A stretch of DNA of 59,606 nt, from contig DAINAU010000002.1 in NCBI GenBank assembly GCA_036733285.1, positions 1 through 59,606 of the forward strand, given 5' to 3'. Position numbers and translations under genes: made by a program. The DNA is from a bacterium (GTDB lineage: Bacteria; JAGOBX01). Under the pieces are notes generated by a model, which was not told the origin of the DNA, did no database searches, and saw only the letters and a list, made by a program, of their open reading frames with translations. This document shows, one piece after another, positions 28,834-38,180 of this stretch (the first letter of the stretch is position 1; each line of letters starts with the position of its first letter).

Positions 28834-29610
28834 ATGAACGGAACCGCGGTAAAATTTCGGATAAAAGTATTTTCCTTTTTATTTTTGTTTTCCATTTTAA
28901 TATCCTCGTCTTATCCGCGGCAGATTTACGGTTTTGACAGAATATCTTTATCAGGATATTTCGCGAACAATTCAGAATATGATAAATTCATAAAAGAATT
29001 CGGGTCTGCAATTTCATTTTATCAAAATCTTCCGGCTGAATCTCTCGGACTATTCGGATGGGATATAAGCGTTAACCTTAAAACTGCTAATATAAAAGAA
29101 AACAAATCAATCTGGAAAAACGCTACCGGCGACGGCTCTAAAAAAACTTCCGGTTTTTTATATTATCCTCAATTGATAATAACAAAAGGAATACCCTGCA
29201 ACATAGATTTGTCAGCGTCATACTCGCCAATTTCAGGAGCCGGAATTTCATTGATTTCGGGAGCCGTCAAATGGGAATTTATCGAGGGAAACACTTTAAT
29301 TCCCGCCTTTTCAATAAGAGGCGCGTATTCTAAACTGATAAAAAAAACAAATTTCAGTATGGACGACATAAATATTTCCTTATCCGTCAGCAAAGGAATA
29401 ACTATCCTTACCCCGTATGCGTTTACAGGTTTTAACCGCTCAAAAATATCAAGCGTCAGCGTTATCGGCGCATCGTTAAAAGATAAAAGCGAAAACTCTT
29501 TTTTTTATGGCGCCGGAGTAAAATGTTCCGCCGGAGTTATAAATTTTAACGGTTCGGCTGTTTTCTCCGATATTCCGGTTTATTCATTGTCCGCAAGTTT
29601 TGGTTTTTAA
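28834..29610 (+). CDS. Putative outer-membrane beta-barrel protein
   Basis: Signal peptide; PAESLGLFGWDIS; KGIP.NID; PAFSIRGAYS; SKGITILTPY; terminal SASFGF. Confidence 0.7.
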   Translation: MNGTAVKFRIKVFSFLFLFSILISSSYPRQIYGFDRISLSGYFANNSEYDKFIKEFGSAISFYQNLPAESLGLFGWDISVNLKTANIKENKSIWKNATGDGSKKTSGFLYYPQLIITKGIPCNIDLSASYSPISGAGISLISGAVKWEFIEGNTLIPAFSIRGAYSKLIKKTNFSMDDINISLSVSKGITILTPYAFTGFNRSKISSVSVIGASLKDKSENSFFYGAGVKCSAGVINFNGSAVFSDIPVYSLSASFGF

Positions 29611-29703
29611 CAAAAATACTTTTCCGCTCAAATTATATTAACGCCAAACTGCTCAAAAAAATTTCATTTCTAATTTTTTTAGCCGATGATATTTTAGTTT
29701 TTT

Positions 29704-30720
29704 TTACCTATTTTTAAGTTTTACGCATTTGCATATAACGGCGTTGGGCGAGCAAATGCCGTTTTTAAAATTATCGATATTGGACAAGGTAGTTTCCGCG
29801 ATATTCTCTAAAGCGTTTTTAGTAAAAAACGCCTGATGACCCGTGATGATAACATTAGGAAAAGTCAGCAGTCTTGCAAAAACGTCGTCCTGAATCATCG
29901 CGTTTGACAAATCTTCAAAAAACAAATCCGCTTCTTCTTCGTATACGTCCAATCCAAGATGTCCGATTTTTCCGGATTTCAAAGCGTGTATGACTGCTTG
30001 AGTATCTATCAATCCGCCTCTGCTGGTATTTATAATCATTACGCCGGTTCTCATTTTTTTTAACGAATCCGAATTAATGATGTGATATGTTTCCGGAGTA
30101 AGCGGGCAATGCAGAGATATAATATCTGAACGTTCAAACAAAGATTCCAACGAAACGTATTCAACTCCTATTTTTTGGCAATGTTCGTTCTTATACGAAT
30201 CAAACGCAATAAGTTTGCAGCCGAACCCGTTTAAAATATTCGCTGTTATGGCTCCGATTTTTCCTGTTCCTATTATCCCTGCCGTCAAATTATTTAAATC
30301 AAATCCAAGCAAGCCTTCAAGCGCAAAATTGCCTTCTCTGACTCGAGTGAAAGCTCTGTGAATTTTTCGGTTCAAAGCAAGTATAAGCCCTACCGTATGT
30401 TCAGCCACGGCATACGGGGAATAAGCCGGAACTCTTACTATTGACAATCCGAATTTATCGGCGGTTTCAACGTCAACGTTATTATATCCGGCGCACCGCA
30501 TTGCTATCAATTTAACTCCGTATTCGGCGAGTTTACTTATTACTTTGCTATCAAGTTTGTCGTTCACAAAAACGCATACGCAATCGAATCCTTTCGCAAG
30601 CGAAACCGTTTCAAACGCAAGTCTCGGCTCGTAAAAAAATAATTGATGCGAATGTCGCTTATTAGCTTTTTCCAAAAATAATTTATCGTAATTTTTTGAA
30701 CTAAAAACCGCAATTTTCAT
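29704..30720 (-). CDS. ldhA: D-lactate dehydrogenase (D-2-hydroxyacid dehydrogenase)
   Basis: [59 protein letters not shown]. Confidence 0.95.
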   Translation of the reverse strand: MKIAVFSSKNYDKLFLEKANKRHSHQLFFYEPRLAFETVSLAKGFDCVCVFVNDKLDSKVISKLAEYGVKLIAMRCAGYNNVDVETADKFGLSIVRVPAYSPYAVAEHTVGLILALNRKIHRAFTRVREGNFALEGLLGFDLNNLTAGIIGTGKIGAITANILNGFGCKLIAFDSYKNEHCQKIGVEYVSLESLFERSDIISLHCPLTPETYHIINSDSLKKMRTGVMIINTSRGGLIDTQAVIHALKSGKIGHLGLDVYEEEADLFFEDLSNAMIQDDVFARLLTFPNVIITGHQAFFTKNALENIAETTLSNIDNFKNGICSPNAVICKCVKLKNR

Positions 30721-30759
30721 TTTCCAAACAACTCCTTTTTAATATTATTTTGTCAAAAG

Positions 30760-30778
30760 CAAGCGTTTTACCGCATTT
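30760..30778 (-). promoter_or_regulatory. 19-bp motif upstream of ldhA, identical to the one upstream of the tolC operon
   Basis: caagcgttttaccgcattt is the reverse complement of 18355-18373. The function is inferred, not shown. Confidence 0.4.
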
Positions 30779-30789
30779 AAACATTTTCC

Positions 30790-31992
30790 TTAGCGCATTA
30801 TTTCCCGCTTTTTAGATTTAAAAGCAAGTCCTAAAAAATAAGAAAAATATACGGACGAAGACAATATTACTCCGTCCAATCCGTAAAAATTATTAATTAA
30901 AAAAAATATTAATATGAATTTCAAATAAGTTTTGCAGTTTAATTCGAAAAAAATTATTTTCACAGTCAAGTATATGCAGACAAACAAAATCGCAAATCCT
31001 ATTATTCCGGATTCCGCAAGCGTTTGAAGATAATAATTATGAGCGTAAATAACATCGTTCGCATAATCCGGTTTATATTTGAAATAATAATTCTTGAATT
31101 GTCCGGGACCGACGCCGGTTAAAACATTCTCGTTTTTCCATATTTTTAGAGCCGCCTCGAAATTTCCAAAATAATATTTTATAGACTTATTGTAAATGTT
31201 ATTCATCCCGCGATAACTCATTATTATGATAAAACAAATAGCCAGAAAAAATATAGTTCCCAAAAAAATCCGCTTATTATTTTTTTTAATTAAAAATATC
31301 AAAGCCAAAGCTGACAAACAGGATAAAGCCGCCGATAAAGTTTTTGAATAAAACGCGCATGCGCCGGAAACGGCAATTAGAGCGGCAATAAAAATTTTTT
31401 CAAAAATATTAGAATTTTGTTTATACGATTCGATAAGCGCCGCCGCGGTTATTATCGAATAAGACGCGAATATGTTAGGTAAAACGAAAACCGAATAAAT
31501 TCTTCCATCAGCTATGCGTCCTAACGCTTCCGGCGGAAGGGAGGTTCCATATAATTCTAAAATATAATCGAATCCTATAAACTTTTGGTATAACCCGCGC
31601 ATAAATATATATGCCGCTAATGCGGTTAAAACGTATTTTTCGTATTTTAAATCCGAAAGATAAATCTGCAAAAAAAATAAAAAGCATATCAGCATTTTAT
31701 ACAGCTCAAATATCGACGCGCTTGCCGAGACTATTCCGGCGGATTTGGTAATCGCGTTGAAATAATTATATATAATAAATCCAAATGAAACCGCAGAAAA
31801 CAATTTTATTTGCGGAGAAAGGTTTGATCTTTTGTATTTCAAATAATTATAAATCAGAATAAAACAGACTATCAATAATTGGATAATCGCTATAACGGGC
31901 AGTAAATCGAAATTTTCGGAATTTTGAAAATCAACGAAAAGAAAAAAAATTAAAATAATATTAGATAAAATATTAACGATGCGGCTGAACAT
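30790..31992 (-). CDS. O-antigen ligase-like (Wzy_C) membrane protein
   Basis: Multi-TM; RIYSVFVLPNIFA; GVGPGQF; AHNYYLQTLAESGIIG. Confidence 0.85.
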   Translation of the reverse strand: MFSRIVNILSNIILIFFLFVDFQNSENFDLLPVIAIIQLLIVCFILIYNYLKYKRSNLSPQIKLFSAVSFGFIIYNYFNAITKSAGIVSASASIFELYKMLICFLFFLQIYLSDLKYEKYVLTALAAYIFMRGLYQKFIGFDYILELYGTSLPPEALGRIADGRIYSVFVLPNIFASYSIITAAALIESYKQNSNIFEKIFIAALIAVSGACAFYSKTLSAALSCLSALALIFLIKKNNKRIFLGTIFFLAICFIIIMSYRGMNNIYNKSIKYYFGNFEAALKIWKNENVLTGVGPGQFKNYYFKYKPDYANDVIYAHNYYLQTLAESGIIGFAILFVCIYLTVKIIFFELNCKTYLKFILIFFLINNFYGLDGVILSSSVYFSYFLGLAFKSKKREIMR

Positions 31993-32003
31993 CTGTTGTC
32001 AAA

Positions 32004-32486
32004 TTATAATAAAAACCTTGGTTTTAATTCAGCAAGTTCTTCCTGCGGAGTCTTTCCGATTATAACCGAATTATTCTGAAGCGGTATGGAATTTTTATCG
32101 GGATTTTTTATTTTAACGGTTTTTTTTAAAATTCCGGTATCCGCAGAATCGCTTTTTTTATAATCAATCGTTATATCGGCGTCTTCGTAGACAATCGACC
32201 CCTTTTTAATTTTAACGGTAGTTTTAACCTTATCTTTTATAAAATCGAACGATTCCACATATCCGCTCGTTTCGGAATCTATAATCACAGGCGATTGTTC
32301 TTCCAAACCTGCGGCATTGTCGAAAATTATATGCAAGGTATAATAATTCATTAAACCGTCTGATTGTTTGGCCGGTTCGATTTTATTATCCGCATCGTTG
32401 TTTTTTTTTGAACATCCCACAAAAAAACAAATTATTGCAATAACTATGAAAATGATTTTAAAATTTTTTTTTTGTTTTTTGCGCAT
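32004..32486 (-). CDS. MlaD/MCE-domain protein with a lipobox-like signal
   Basis: FVGC lipobox; YTLHIIFDNAAGLEEQSPVII...GYVE...VKTTVKI...DA.ITI resembles the MCE domain. Confidence 0.65.
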   Translation of the reverse strand: MRKKQKKNFKIIFIVIAIICFFVGCSKKNNDADNKIEPAKQSDGLMNYYTLHIIFDNAAGLEEQSPVIIDSETSGYVESFDFIKDKVKTTVKIKKGSIVYEDADITIDYKKSDSADTGILKKTVKIKNPDKNSIPLQNNSVIIGKTPQEELAELKPRFLL

Positions 32487-33099
32487 ATTTTTGAGTTTCT
32501 AAAGTTCCGGCGATAACAACAAAAAACGACGTCAAAGATAAAAACATAATATCTTTTCCCTGAATATTGGCGTCTCCGCCAACCACTCCGTTAGCGGTTT
32601 CGAGAACCAGCAAACCCGGAATTCTTTGACCGCCAATTAAAAAAAGAACAATTCCCGCCATACCGATTATTATGAGAAAAGTTCCTTTAATCAGAGAATG
32701 TTTGTCATTCTGCCGAGAAATTAAAAATATTACCGGTTGGAGTATTAAAACAAATACAAACGCGTTCACAAAAAATTCTATTCCGGATTTGTTTCCGCTA
32801 AAATCCAGCATTCCGGATAATAAATATATCATTAAAATTACCGAAGTAAGAATCGAATAGAAGATTGAAAAAGACGGCAGAAACATTGTTTTAAAAAATT
32901 GAGAGATGTCTTCCCAAAGAATAAACGCTGCCGACAGGCCGGTAAACGATAATGCAATCTGAATAAAAAGCAGATTATATGAAATAGAATTCTCCATATT
33001 TTCAGGGTCGCCCGGCGAAACTAAAGCGATATACATTATCAAACAGAATATCCATAAAACCGCGTTAAGTATAAAAATGTTTTTAATTTTGTTTTCCAT
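32458..33099 (-). CDS. Hypothetical polytopic membrane protein
   Basis: About six hydrophobic segments; co-oriented with and tightly packed against its neighbours. Confidence 0.7.
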   Translation of the reverse strand: MENKIKNIFILNAVLWIFCLIMYIALVSPGDPENMENSISYNLLFIQIALSFTGLSAAFILWEDISQFFKTMFLPSFSIFYSILTSVILMIYLLSGMLDFSGNKSGIEFFVNAFVFVLILQPVIFLISRQNDKHSLIKGTFLIIIGMAGIVLFLIGGQRIPGLLVLETANGVVGGDANIQGKDIMFLSLTSFFVVIAGTLETQKYAQKTKKKF

Positions 33100-33102
33100 A
33101 AT

Positions 33103-33867
33103 TTATTTGGATTCTCCTTCAAATATTTTAGAAATTTTTATATAATTATTATTAACATTAATTTTAAAATCAAATTCAAAATTCTCAATAAATTTTTTTA
33201 TATTGTTTCTAACCGCTTCTTCTTCAGATTCAATAATTAACGACAGCGTATTATCGGTAATAAAATAACTGATAGTTACAAAACTATCGTTTTCGACGTC
33301 GTCTTCTACCGGATGTATGGATAACAATAACGTGTTGATATTATTTATTATTTTATACTTTTCATTGGAATTTATTTTTATTTTATTTATCAATTCGATG
33401 ATTAACTTCGAAGTTTCCTTCAAACATTCGTTATTATTGGCGGTTTTAAAAGTATAAAAGTTTTCATAATGCTCAATCATTTCTATGCCGCGCCTATTTT
33501 TATCATATAACAATCCGTTTACTACCCTGTTAAGTTTTGCTATCTGAAACGGTTTTGTAAGATAATGAACGGCTCCGGCGTCAAATCCTAAAATTTTATC
33601 GTCGATATCTCTTTTTTCGCTCAAAATAATCAACGGAACGTTTCCGTCGAATTTCTCCCGCAATTTTTTACTGAACTCGTAACCGTCCATCACAGGCATT
33701 TTTATATCTGTGATTATCAAATCCGGAAGTCCTGATGTTTCAATTAATTCAAGCGCAGCCCGCCCGTTGTCCGCATCCAGCGTTTCAATATTAAAAGATT
33801 CAAAATGTCGTTTTATAATCTGTTTAATATCATTATCGTCTTCTACAATCAATATTCTTTTTTTCAT
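33103..33867 (-). CDS. Response regulator: receiver domain plus divergent anti-sigma/HATPase-like C-terminal domain
   Basis: ILIVEDD, PDLIITDIKMPVMDG, YLTKPF. The C-terminal region has RsbW-like spacing but no N or G boxes. Start taken at ATG 33867. Confidence 0.85.
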   Translation of the reverse strand: MKKRILIVEDDNDIKQIIKRHFESFNIETLDADNGRAALELIETSGLPDLIITDIKMPVMDGYEFSKKLREKFDGNVPLIILSEKRDIDDKILGFDAGAVHYLTKPFQIAKLNRVVNGLLYDKNRRGIEMIEHYENFYTFKTANNNECLKETSKLIIELINKIKINSNEKYKIINNINTLLLSIHPVEDDVENDSFVTISYFITDNTLSLIIESEEEAVRNNIKKFIENFEFDFKINVNNNYIKISKIFEGESK

Positions 33868-33876
33868 AATCAAATT

Positions 33877-34875
33877 TCATTTTTGAAAATTTTGTTTATT
33901 CGAAAAATAATTTAATCCGCATTGCTGAGACATTACTTTTGAAAACGGTTTAACCGATTCGGTCAGCCAGACGTTTCCGCCTATAACCGAACCTTTGCCG
34001 ATAACCGTATCGCCTCCGAGAATCGTCGCTCCCGCGTAAATCACGCTTTCGTCTTCTATTGTCGGATGCCTTTTTTTCTTAAGGTCAACGTTTTTTCCAT
34101 TTTTGGATTTCGGAACGCTCAAAGCTCCAAGCGTTACGCCCTGATATATTTTCACGTCGTTTCCGATAACCGTCGTTTCGCCGATTACTACTCCGGTTCC
34201 GTGGTCTATAAAAAATCTTTTTCCAATTCTCGCTCCCGGATGTATGTCTATTCCTGTTATTGAATGAGCGTATTCGGTCATAATTCTCGGTATCAAAGGT
34301 ATTTGCATTTCATATAAAGAATGAGCTATTCTATAAATGAACACCGCTTTAAATCCGGGATAGCTGAATACTATTTCATCAACGCTTTTCGCGGCGGGAT
34401 CTCCGTCAAAAGCCGCATTTATGTCTTCGTTTAGCGTTTTCCTTATTTCGGGAAGTCTCTCAAGCGTTTTGCCGGCGAGAATTATTCCCTGATTATAACA
34501 ATCAACGCACATCCTATAATGATCGGAAGCGCATTTATGCCTGAAACTTTTCGATACTTGTTCGGACAATTTATCGAATAGTTTAAAAATATTCGAACCG
34601 ATATTATATTCCAGCGAAGATTCGGTTATATCCTGATCGCCAAAATATCCGGGAAAAAGTATATATTCCAGTTCCTCGATTATTTCAATAATCGAATTTT
34701 TTGAGGGAATTTTTTCGCTGCCCGTTTTTTTTATGGTTTCATCTTTTTTATATTCTTCGGCAAGTTTTTTCGCTATGCCGGCAATATTTTTTTTTATTTC
34801 AACGGCTACCGCCGGTTTTATTCCGTCAATCTTGCAAATTTTTTTTTGTAATCGTTTAGTCTTTTGATTCGTCAT
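33877..34875 (-). CDS. cysE: Serine O-acetyltransferase
   Basis: GDPAAKSVDEIVFSYPG, GIDIHPGARIG, FFIDHGTGVVIGET, QGVTLGA, KRHPTIED. Confidence 0.96.
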   Translation of the reverse strand: MTNQKTKRLQKKICKIDGIKPAVAVEIKKNIAGIAKKLAEEYKKDETIKKTGSEKIPSKNSIIEIIEELEYILFPGYFGDQDITESSLEYNIGSNIFKLFDKLSEQVSKSFRHKCASDHYRMCVDCYNQGIILAGKTLERLPEIRKTLNEDINAAFDGDPAAKSVDEIVFSYPGFKAVFIYRIAHSLYEMQIPLIPRIMTEYAHSITGIDIHPGARIGKRFFIDHGTGVVIGETTVIGNDVKIYQGVTLGALSVPKSKNGKNVDLKKKRHPTIEDESVIYAGATILGGDTVIGKGSVIGGNVWLTESVKPFSKVMSQQCGLNYFSNKQNFQK

Positions 34876-34882
34876 AATTATA

Positions 34883-35431
34883 TTATAAACCTAAAAAATC
34901 TTTAAACTTCGACATTATTCCTTTTTCTTTCTCGCGTTTCAGCATATTATCAACTTTAACGCTTTTGCCTTTTGCGGCGGTGATTTCTCCGCGTTTGTAT
35001 GCGTTCAATAATTTGCTCCATATTTTATTTTTTTTTGAAAGCGAATCGCCTTTTTCCATATACTTGTATAATTTATCAAGAACATATTTCTGGTTTATTC
35101 CATCGAATTTATTGCCTTGAACGCCGGTTATAGTTTCAGCGACCTTTTTATCCTTGCCAAGAACCGCATTAATCAAAACAATCGCGCAAAGCATATCGTC
35201 TCTAACGCTTTTTTCAGAAACGCTCACTTTTTGAAATCCTCTCTGCAATTCGACGGCTATCTTATCCAGTAATGGAAGAGAGTTTCCCGCCATATCAGGA
35301 TTTTTCGGCAAGGTGTTTAAAACTAAACTCTCGAACTTAGAAAGATTAATTTTTTTAAATTGACCGGTCGAAATTATTTCTTCAATCTGTTGAAGTTCCC
35401 AACTCGCCATTTTTTTATTTTCTTTTTTCAT
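34883..35431 (-). CDS. Hypothetical helical, lysine-rich protein
   Basis: Open frame between co-oriented genes. ATG 35431 is preceded by AGGT (ORF track extends to 35479). Confidence 0.7.
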   Translation of the reverse strand: MKKENKKMASWELQQIEEIISTGQFKKINLSKFESLVLNTLPKNPDMAGNSLPLLDKIAVELQRGFQKVSVSEKSVRDDMLCAIVLINAVLGKDKKVAETITGVQGNKFDGINQKYVLDKLYKYMEKGDSLSKKNKIWSKLLNAYKRGEITAAKGKSVKVDNMLKREKEKGIMSKFKDFLGL

Positions 35432-35510
35432 TTTACCTATATAACTCCGGTATCTCGTAATAATTATTCCTAAAAACAAACATCTGGAATAAATTAATCA
35501 AAAAGCCTGA

Positions 35511-35939
35511 TCACCAAAATTTTTTATATTGTTCTTTATCGAAATATACTTTTCCATCTCTATATTTGGACGAATATATTTGAACGCATCCCCAACTCAA
35601 ACAATATTCGGGATTCCAGAACGGATTTTTTGTGGTGCCGTAATATATATGGCAATTTGATTTTTTGCAGACCATTTGAACGTAACACGGCCAAAAAACT
35701 CCAACAATATTTTGCGTCATATTTTTTTTGTTTTTTGACGAGCGAACTCCCATTGTAAGATTCTTATATTTCTGGAGTTTGAGATTTTTTTCCGTAATAA
35801 TTTTATATACGGATGATTTTGAAATCTTCCATTTTTCAGCCAAACCCTTTACTCCGTGTTTATCCAGAAGAACCTGCAAATCATTTTTTTTCATATTCCT
35901 CAGTTCTTCGAGTTTTGACTTGTTTTTTGTTCGGGGCAA
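35511..35939 (-). CDS. Small basic protein: HTH-like N-terminus plus five-cysteine C-terminal domain
   Basis: Strong SD GGAGGTG before the TTG start; GVKGLAEKWKISKSSVYKII HTH-like segment; C85, C91, C96, H97, C113, C118. Confidence 0.75.
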   Translation of the reverse strand: MPRTKNKSKLEELRNMKKNDLQVLLDKHGVKGLAEKWKISKSSVYKIITEKNLKLQKYKNLTMGVRSSKNKKNMTQNIVGVFWPCYVQMVCKKSNCHIYYGTTKNPFWNPEYCLSWGCVQIYSSKYRDGKVYFDKEQYKKFW

Positions 35940-36014
35940 TTCTGCACCTCCAATTTTTTTTTATCTCGCCATTCCCTTTTGCCATAAAAGCAAAAATTTA
36001 TTTGATAAGATACT

Positions 36015-36126
36015 AACGGCAACGCGCCGTTTTAATTCTTTTCTAGCCATTCCCTGGAAACGGCGAACGCGCCGTTTTAATTCTTTTTTCGCTATTCTCT
36101 GAAACGGCGAACGCGCCGTTTTAATT
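36015..36126. repeat. Three tandem GC-rich stem-loops at 44-bp period (AAACGGCG-AACG-CGCCGTTT)
   Basis: AACGGC begins at 36015, 36059 and 36103, and each hairpin is followed by TTAATT. The linkers resemble each other. Confidence 0.92.
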
Positions 36127-36134
36127 TTTTTCCA

Positions 36135-37295
36135 TTAATCTTTAAACGGAGACATAGCTCTTAACTTTTCAATTATTTCCGGCATTATTTTTACAACTTC
36201 ATCGACTTCTTCTTCCGTGTTGTATCTTGATAAGCTGAATCTTATGGAACCGTGAGCGTATTCGTATGGAACTGACATAGCCATAAGAACATGAGACGGT
36301 TCTAAAGAACCCGTTGCGCAGGCGGAACCGGTAGAAGCGCAAATCTTCTTTTCATTCATATATAACAAAACCGCCTCGCCTTCCACATTTTTAAAACTTA
36401 TGTTCAAAGTATTAGGCAGCCGGTTATCAATATCTCCATTAATTTTCACTAATCTAATATTATTTTTCAAAGCTGTTTCAAGTTTATCTCGCAATCTTTT
36501 AACTTCGCTGTTTTCATATTCAATATGTTTTTTCGCAAGTTCGGCGGCTTTCCCCAAACCTATAATAGAAGCCGCGTTTTCTGTTCCGGCTCTTAATCCG
36601 TTTTCCTGATGTCCGCCGATTAAAAAAGGTTTAAAAGGCGTATTTTTTTTTAAATACAAAACTCCGATTCCTTTTGGAGAATGGAGTTTATGTCCGGAAA
36701 TTGAAAGCATATCAATATGACTTTTTTTTAAATCAATATTGATTTTTCCGGCTGCCTGAACCGCGTCTGTATGAAATAAAACTCCTTTTGATTTAACGAT
36801 TTCAGAAATTTTTTCGATTGGAAATACGGTTCCGGTTTCATTATTCGCCCACATAACGCTCGCTATGGCGGTTTCATCGGTAAGGGATTTCTCAAGTTCT
36901 TTTAAATCAATTCGACCGAGCGAATCCACGTCCAAAAAAGTTATTCTATAACCGGTTCCGGATAAGTATTTGCAATAATTCAAAACCGCCGGATGTTCGA
37001 CTTTAGTGGTCACGATATGTTTTTTTTCCGGAAAAGACAATATCGCCGAATTTATCGCGGTATTATCGGATTCCGAGCCGCAACTTGTAACAATTATTTC
37101 TTCTATCGAATCGGCTCCTAACAAAAACGCTATTTTCTCTTTAGCGACGGCTATTTTTTTAGCTACGCCTCCGCCAAAAGAATGAGCGCTTGAAGGATTT
37201 CCGTAATACTCCGAGAAATACGGGAGCATTTCCTGAAGGACTTCGGGCGATGTTTTTGTTGTGGCATTATTATCAAAATATATTTCTTTCGACAA
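36135..37295 (-). CDS. nifS: Cysteine desulfurase NifS/IscS
   Basis: YFDNNATT, YGNPSSAH, HTDAVQ, SGHKLH (PLP Lys), STGSACATGS (catalytic Cys). Confidence 0.97.
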   Translation of the reverse strand: MSKEIYFDNNATTKTSPEVLQEMLPYFSEYYGNPSSAHSFGGGVAKKIAVAKEKIAFLLGADSIEEIIVTSCGSESDNTAINSAILSFPEKKHIVTTKVEHPAVLNYCKYLSGTGYRITFLDVDSLGRIDLKELEKSLTDETAIASVMWANNETGTVFPIEKISEIVKSKGVLFHTDAVQAAGKINIDLKKSHIDMLSISGHKLHSPKGIGVLYLKKNTPFKPFLIGGHQENGLRAGTENAASIIGLGKAAELAKKHIEYENSEVKRLRDKLETALKNNIRLVKINGDIDNRLPNTLNISFKNVEGEAVLLYMNEKKICASTGSACATGSLEPSHVLMAMSVPYEYAHGSIRFSLSRYNTEEEVDEVVKIMPEIIEKLRAMSPFKD

Positions 37296-37296
37296 T

Positions 37297-38115
37297 CTAT
37301 CTTACCTCTTTAACCTGAATATTCTTATCAATCCGGGATTTAAGCGTTTCTTCTACAAATGATTTTATCGTCATCGTTGCCATTGGACAGCCAGAACAGG
37401 AACCTTTCAGTTTAACTGAAACCACATTGTCGGCAAAATCTACCAATTCAATATCGCCGCCGTCGTTTTGCAATCCCGGTCTTATTTCATCGTTTATCAC
37501 GCTTTTAACTTTTTCTATTTTTTCTAAATTTGTCATTTTTCTTTCTCCTTGAGTTTTATAAATTTTATTTATTATCTCTAAAATGTCGGGTTTGCATTTT
37601 CCGCAGGCGCCTCCGGCTTTTGTGTGATTAATAACATCTTCGACAGTTTTTAAATTATGGTCTTTTATCGCTTTTTCAATTTTAAAATTCGATACTTTAA
37701 AACAATGACATATTATTATTTCGCCGGGCTGCAGATTTTCTCCCAAATCCTCTTTATAATAAACCTTTAGCGCTTTTTCCACAGCTTCCTGCGCCATAAC
37801 CGAACAATGTATCTTCGCCGGCGGCAGTCCGCCCAGCATATTCACAACGTCCTGATTGGTGATTTTTTTTACTTCTTCCAGCTTTTTACCTTTAATTAAA
37901 TCGGTTAAAACCGACGACGAAGCAATTGCGCTGCCGCAACCAAACGTTTGAAACTTAACGTCGATTATTTTTTCATCCTCTATCTTTAAATACAATTTCA
38001 AAGCGTCTCCGCAAGCCGCGCTTCCGACTTCCACCACCACGTTGGCGTCGTCAAGTTTGCCCGCGTTATGAGGATTCAAAAAATGCTCCTTTACTTTATC
38101 AGAATATTCCCACAT
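37297..38115 (-). CDS. nifU: Three-domain Fe-S scaffold NifU
   Basis: IscU domain (HFLNPHN, ACGD, FGCGSAIAS, KIHCSVMA), BFD-like CHC...GGACGKC, and Nfu domain CSGCPMA. Confidence 0.96.
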   Translation of the reverse strand: MWEYSDKVKEHFLNPHNAGKLDDANVVVEVGSAACGDALKLYLKIEDEKIIDVKFQTFGCGSAIASSSVLTDLIKGKKLEEVKKITNQDVVNMLGGLPPAKIHCSVMAQEAVEKALKVYYKEDLGENLQPGEIIICHCFKVSNFKIEKAIKDHNLKTVEDVINHTKAGGACGKCKPDILEIINKIYKTQGERKMTNLEKIEKVKSVINDEIRPGLQNDGGDIELVDFADNVVSVKLKGSCSGCPMATMTIKSFVEETLKSRIDKNIQVKEVR

Positions 38116-38132
38116 CTATAACTCCCCGCTAT

Positions 38133-38164
38133 AAACACTTGTTTTTAAAAACACTTGTTTTTAA
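38133..38164. promoter_or_regulatory. Tandem palindromic operator-like sites between the nifU promoter and RBS
   Basis: AAACACTTGTTTTTAA x2 (38133-38148, 38149-38164). 38145-38164 is TTAAAAACA-CT-TGTTTTTAA (perfect 9+2+9 dyad) and 38133-38144 is a 5+2+5 dyad. Confidence 0.65.
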
Positions 38165-38180
38165 CAAAATTCAAATATAT

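Noticed and set aside
29715-29745. Partial similarity of the ldhA 3' end to the 36-bp element and the 19-bp motif
   Set aside because: The match is short, interrupted and inside coding sequence, and cannot be distinguished from chance without genome-wide statistics.
36015-36126. Palindromic repeats at regular spacing, resembling a mini-CRISPR array
   Set aside because: Only three units; the ~19-20-nt linkers are similar to each other rather than unique; no cas genes in the window. It is a tandem hairpin repeat.
36135-38115. nifU/nifS as evidence of nitrogen fixation
   Set aside because: No nifHDK or other nif genes are present, and NifUS-type systems serve as housekeeping Fe-S assembly in many non-diazotrophs.
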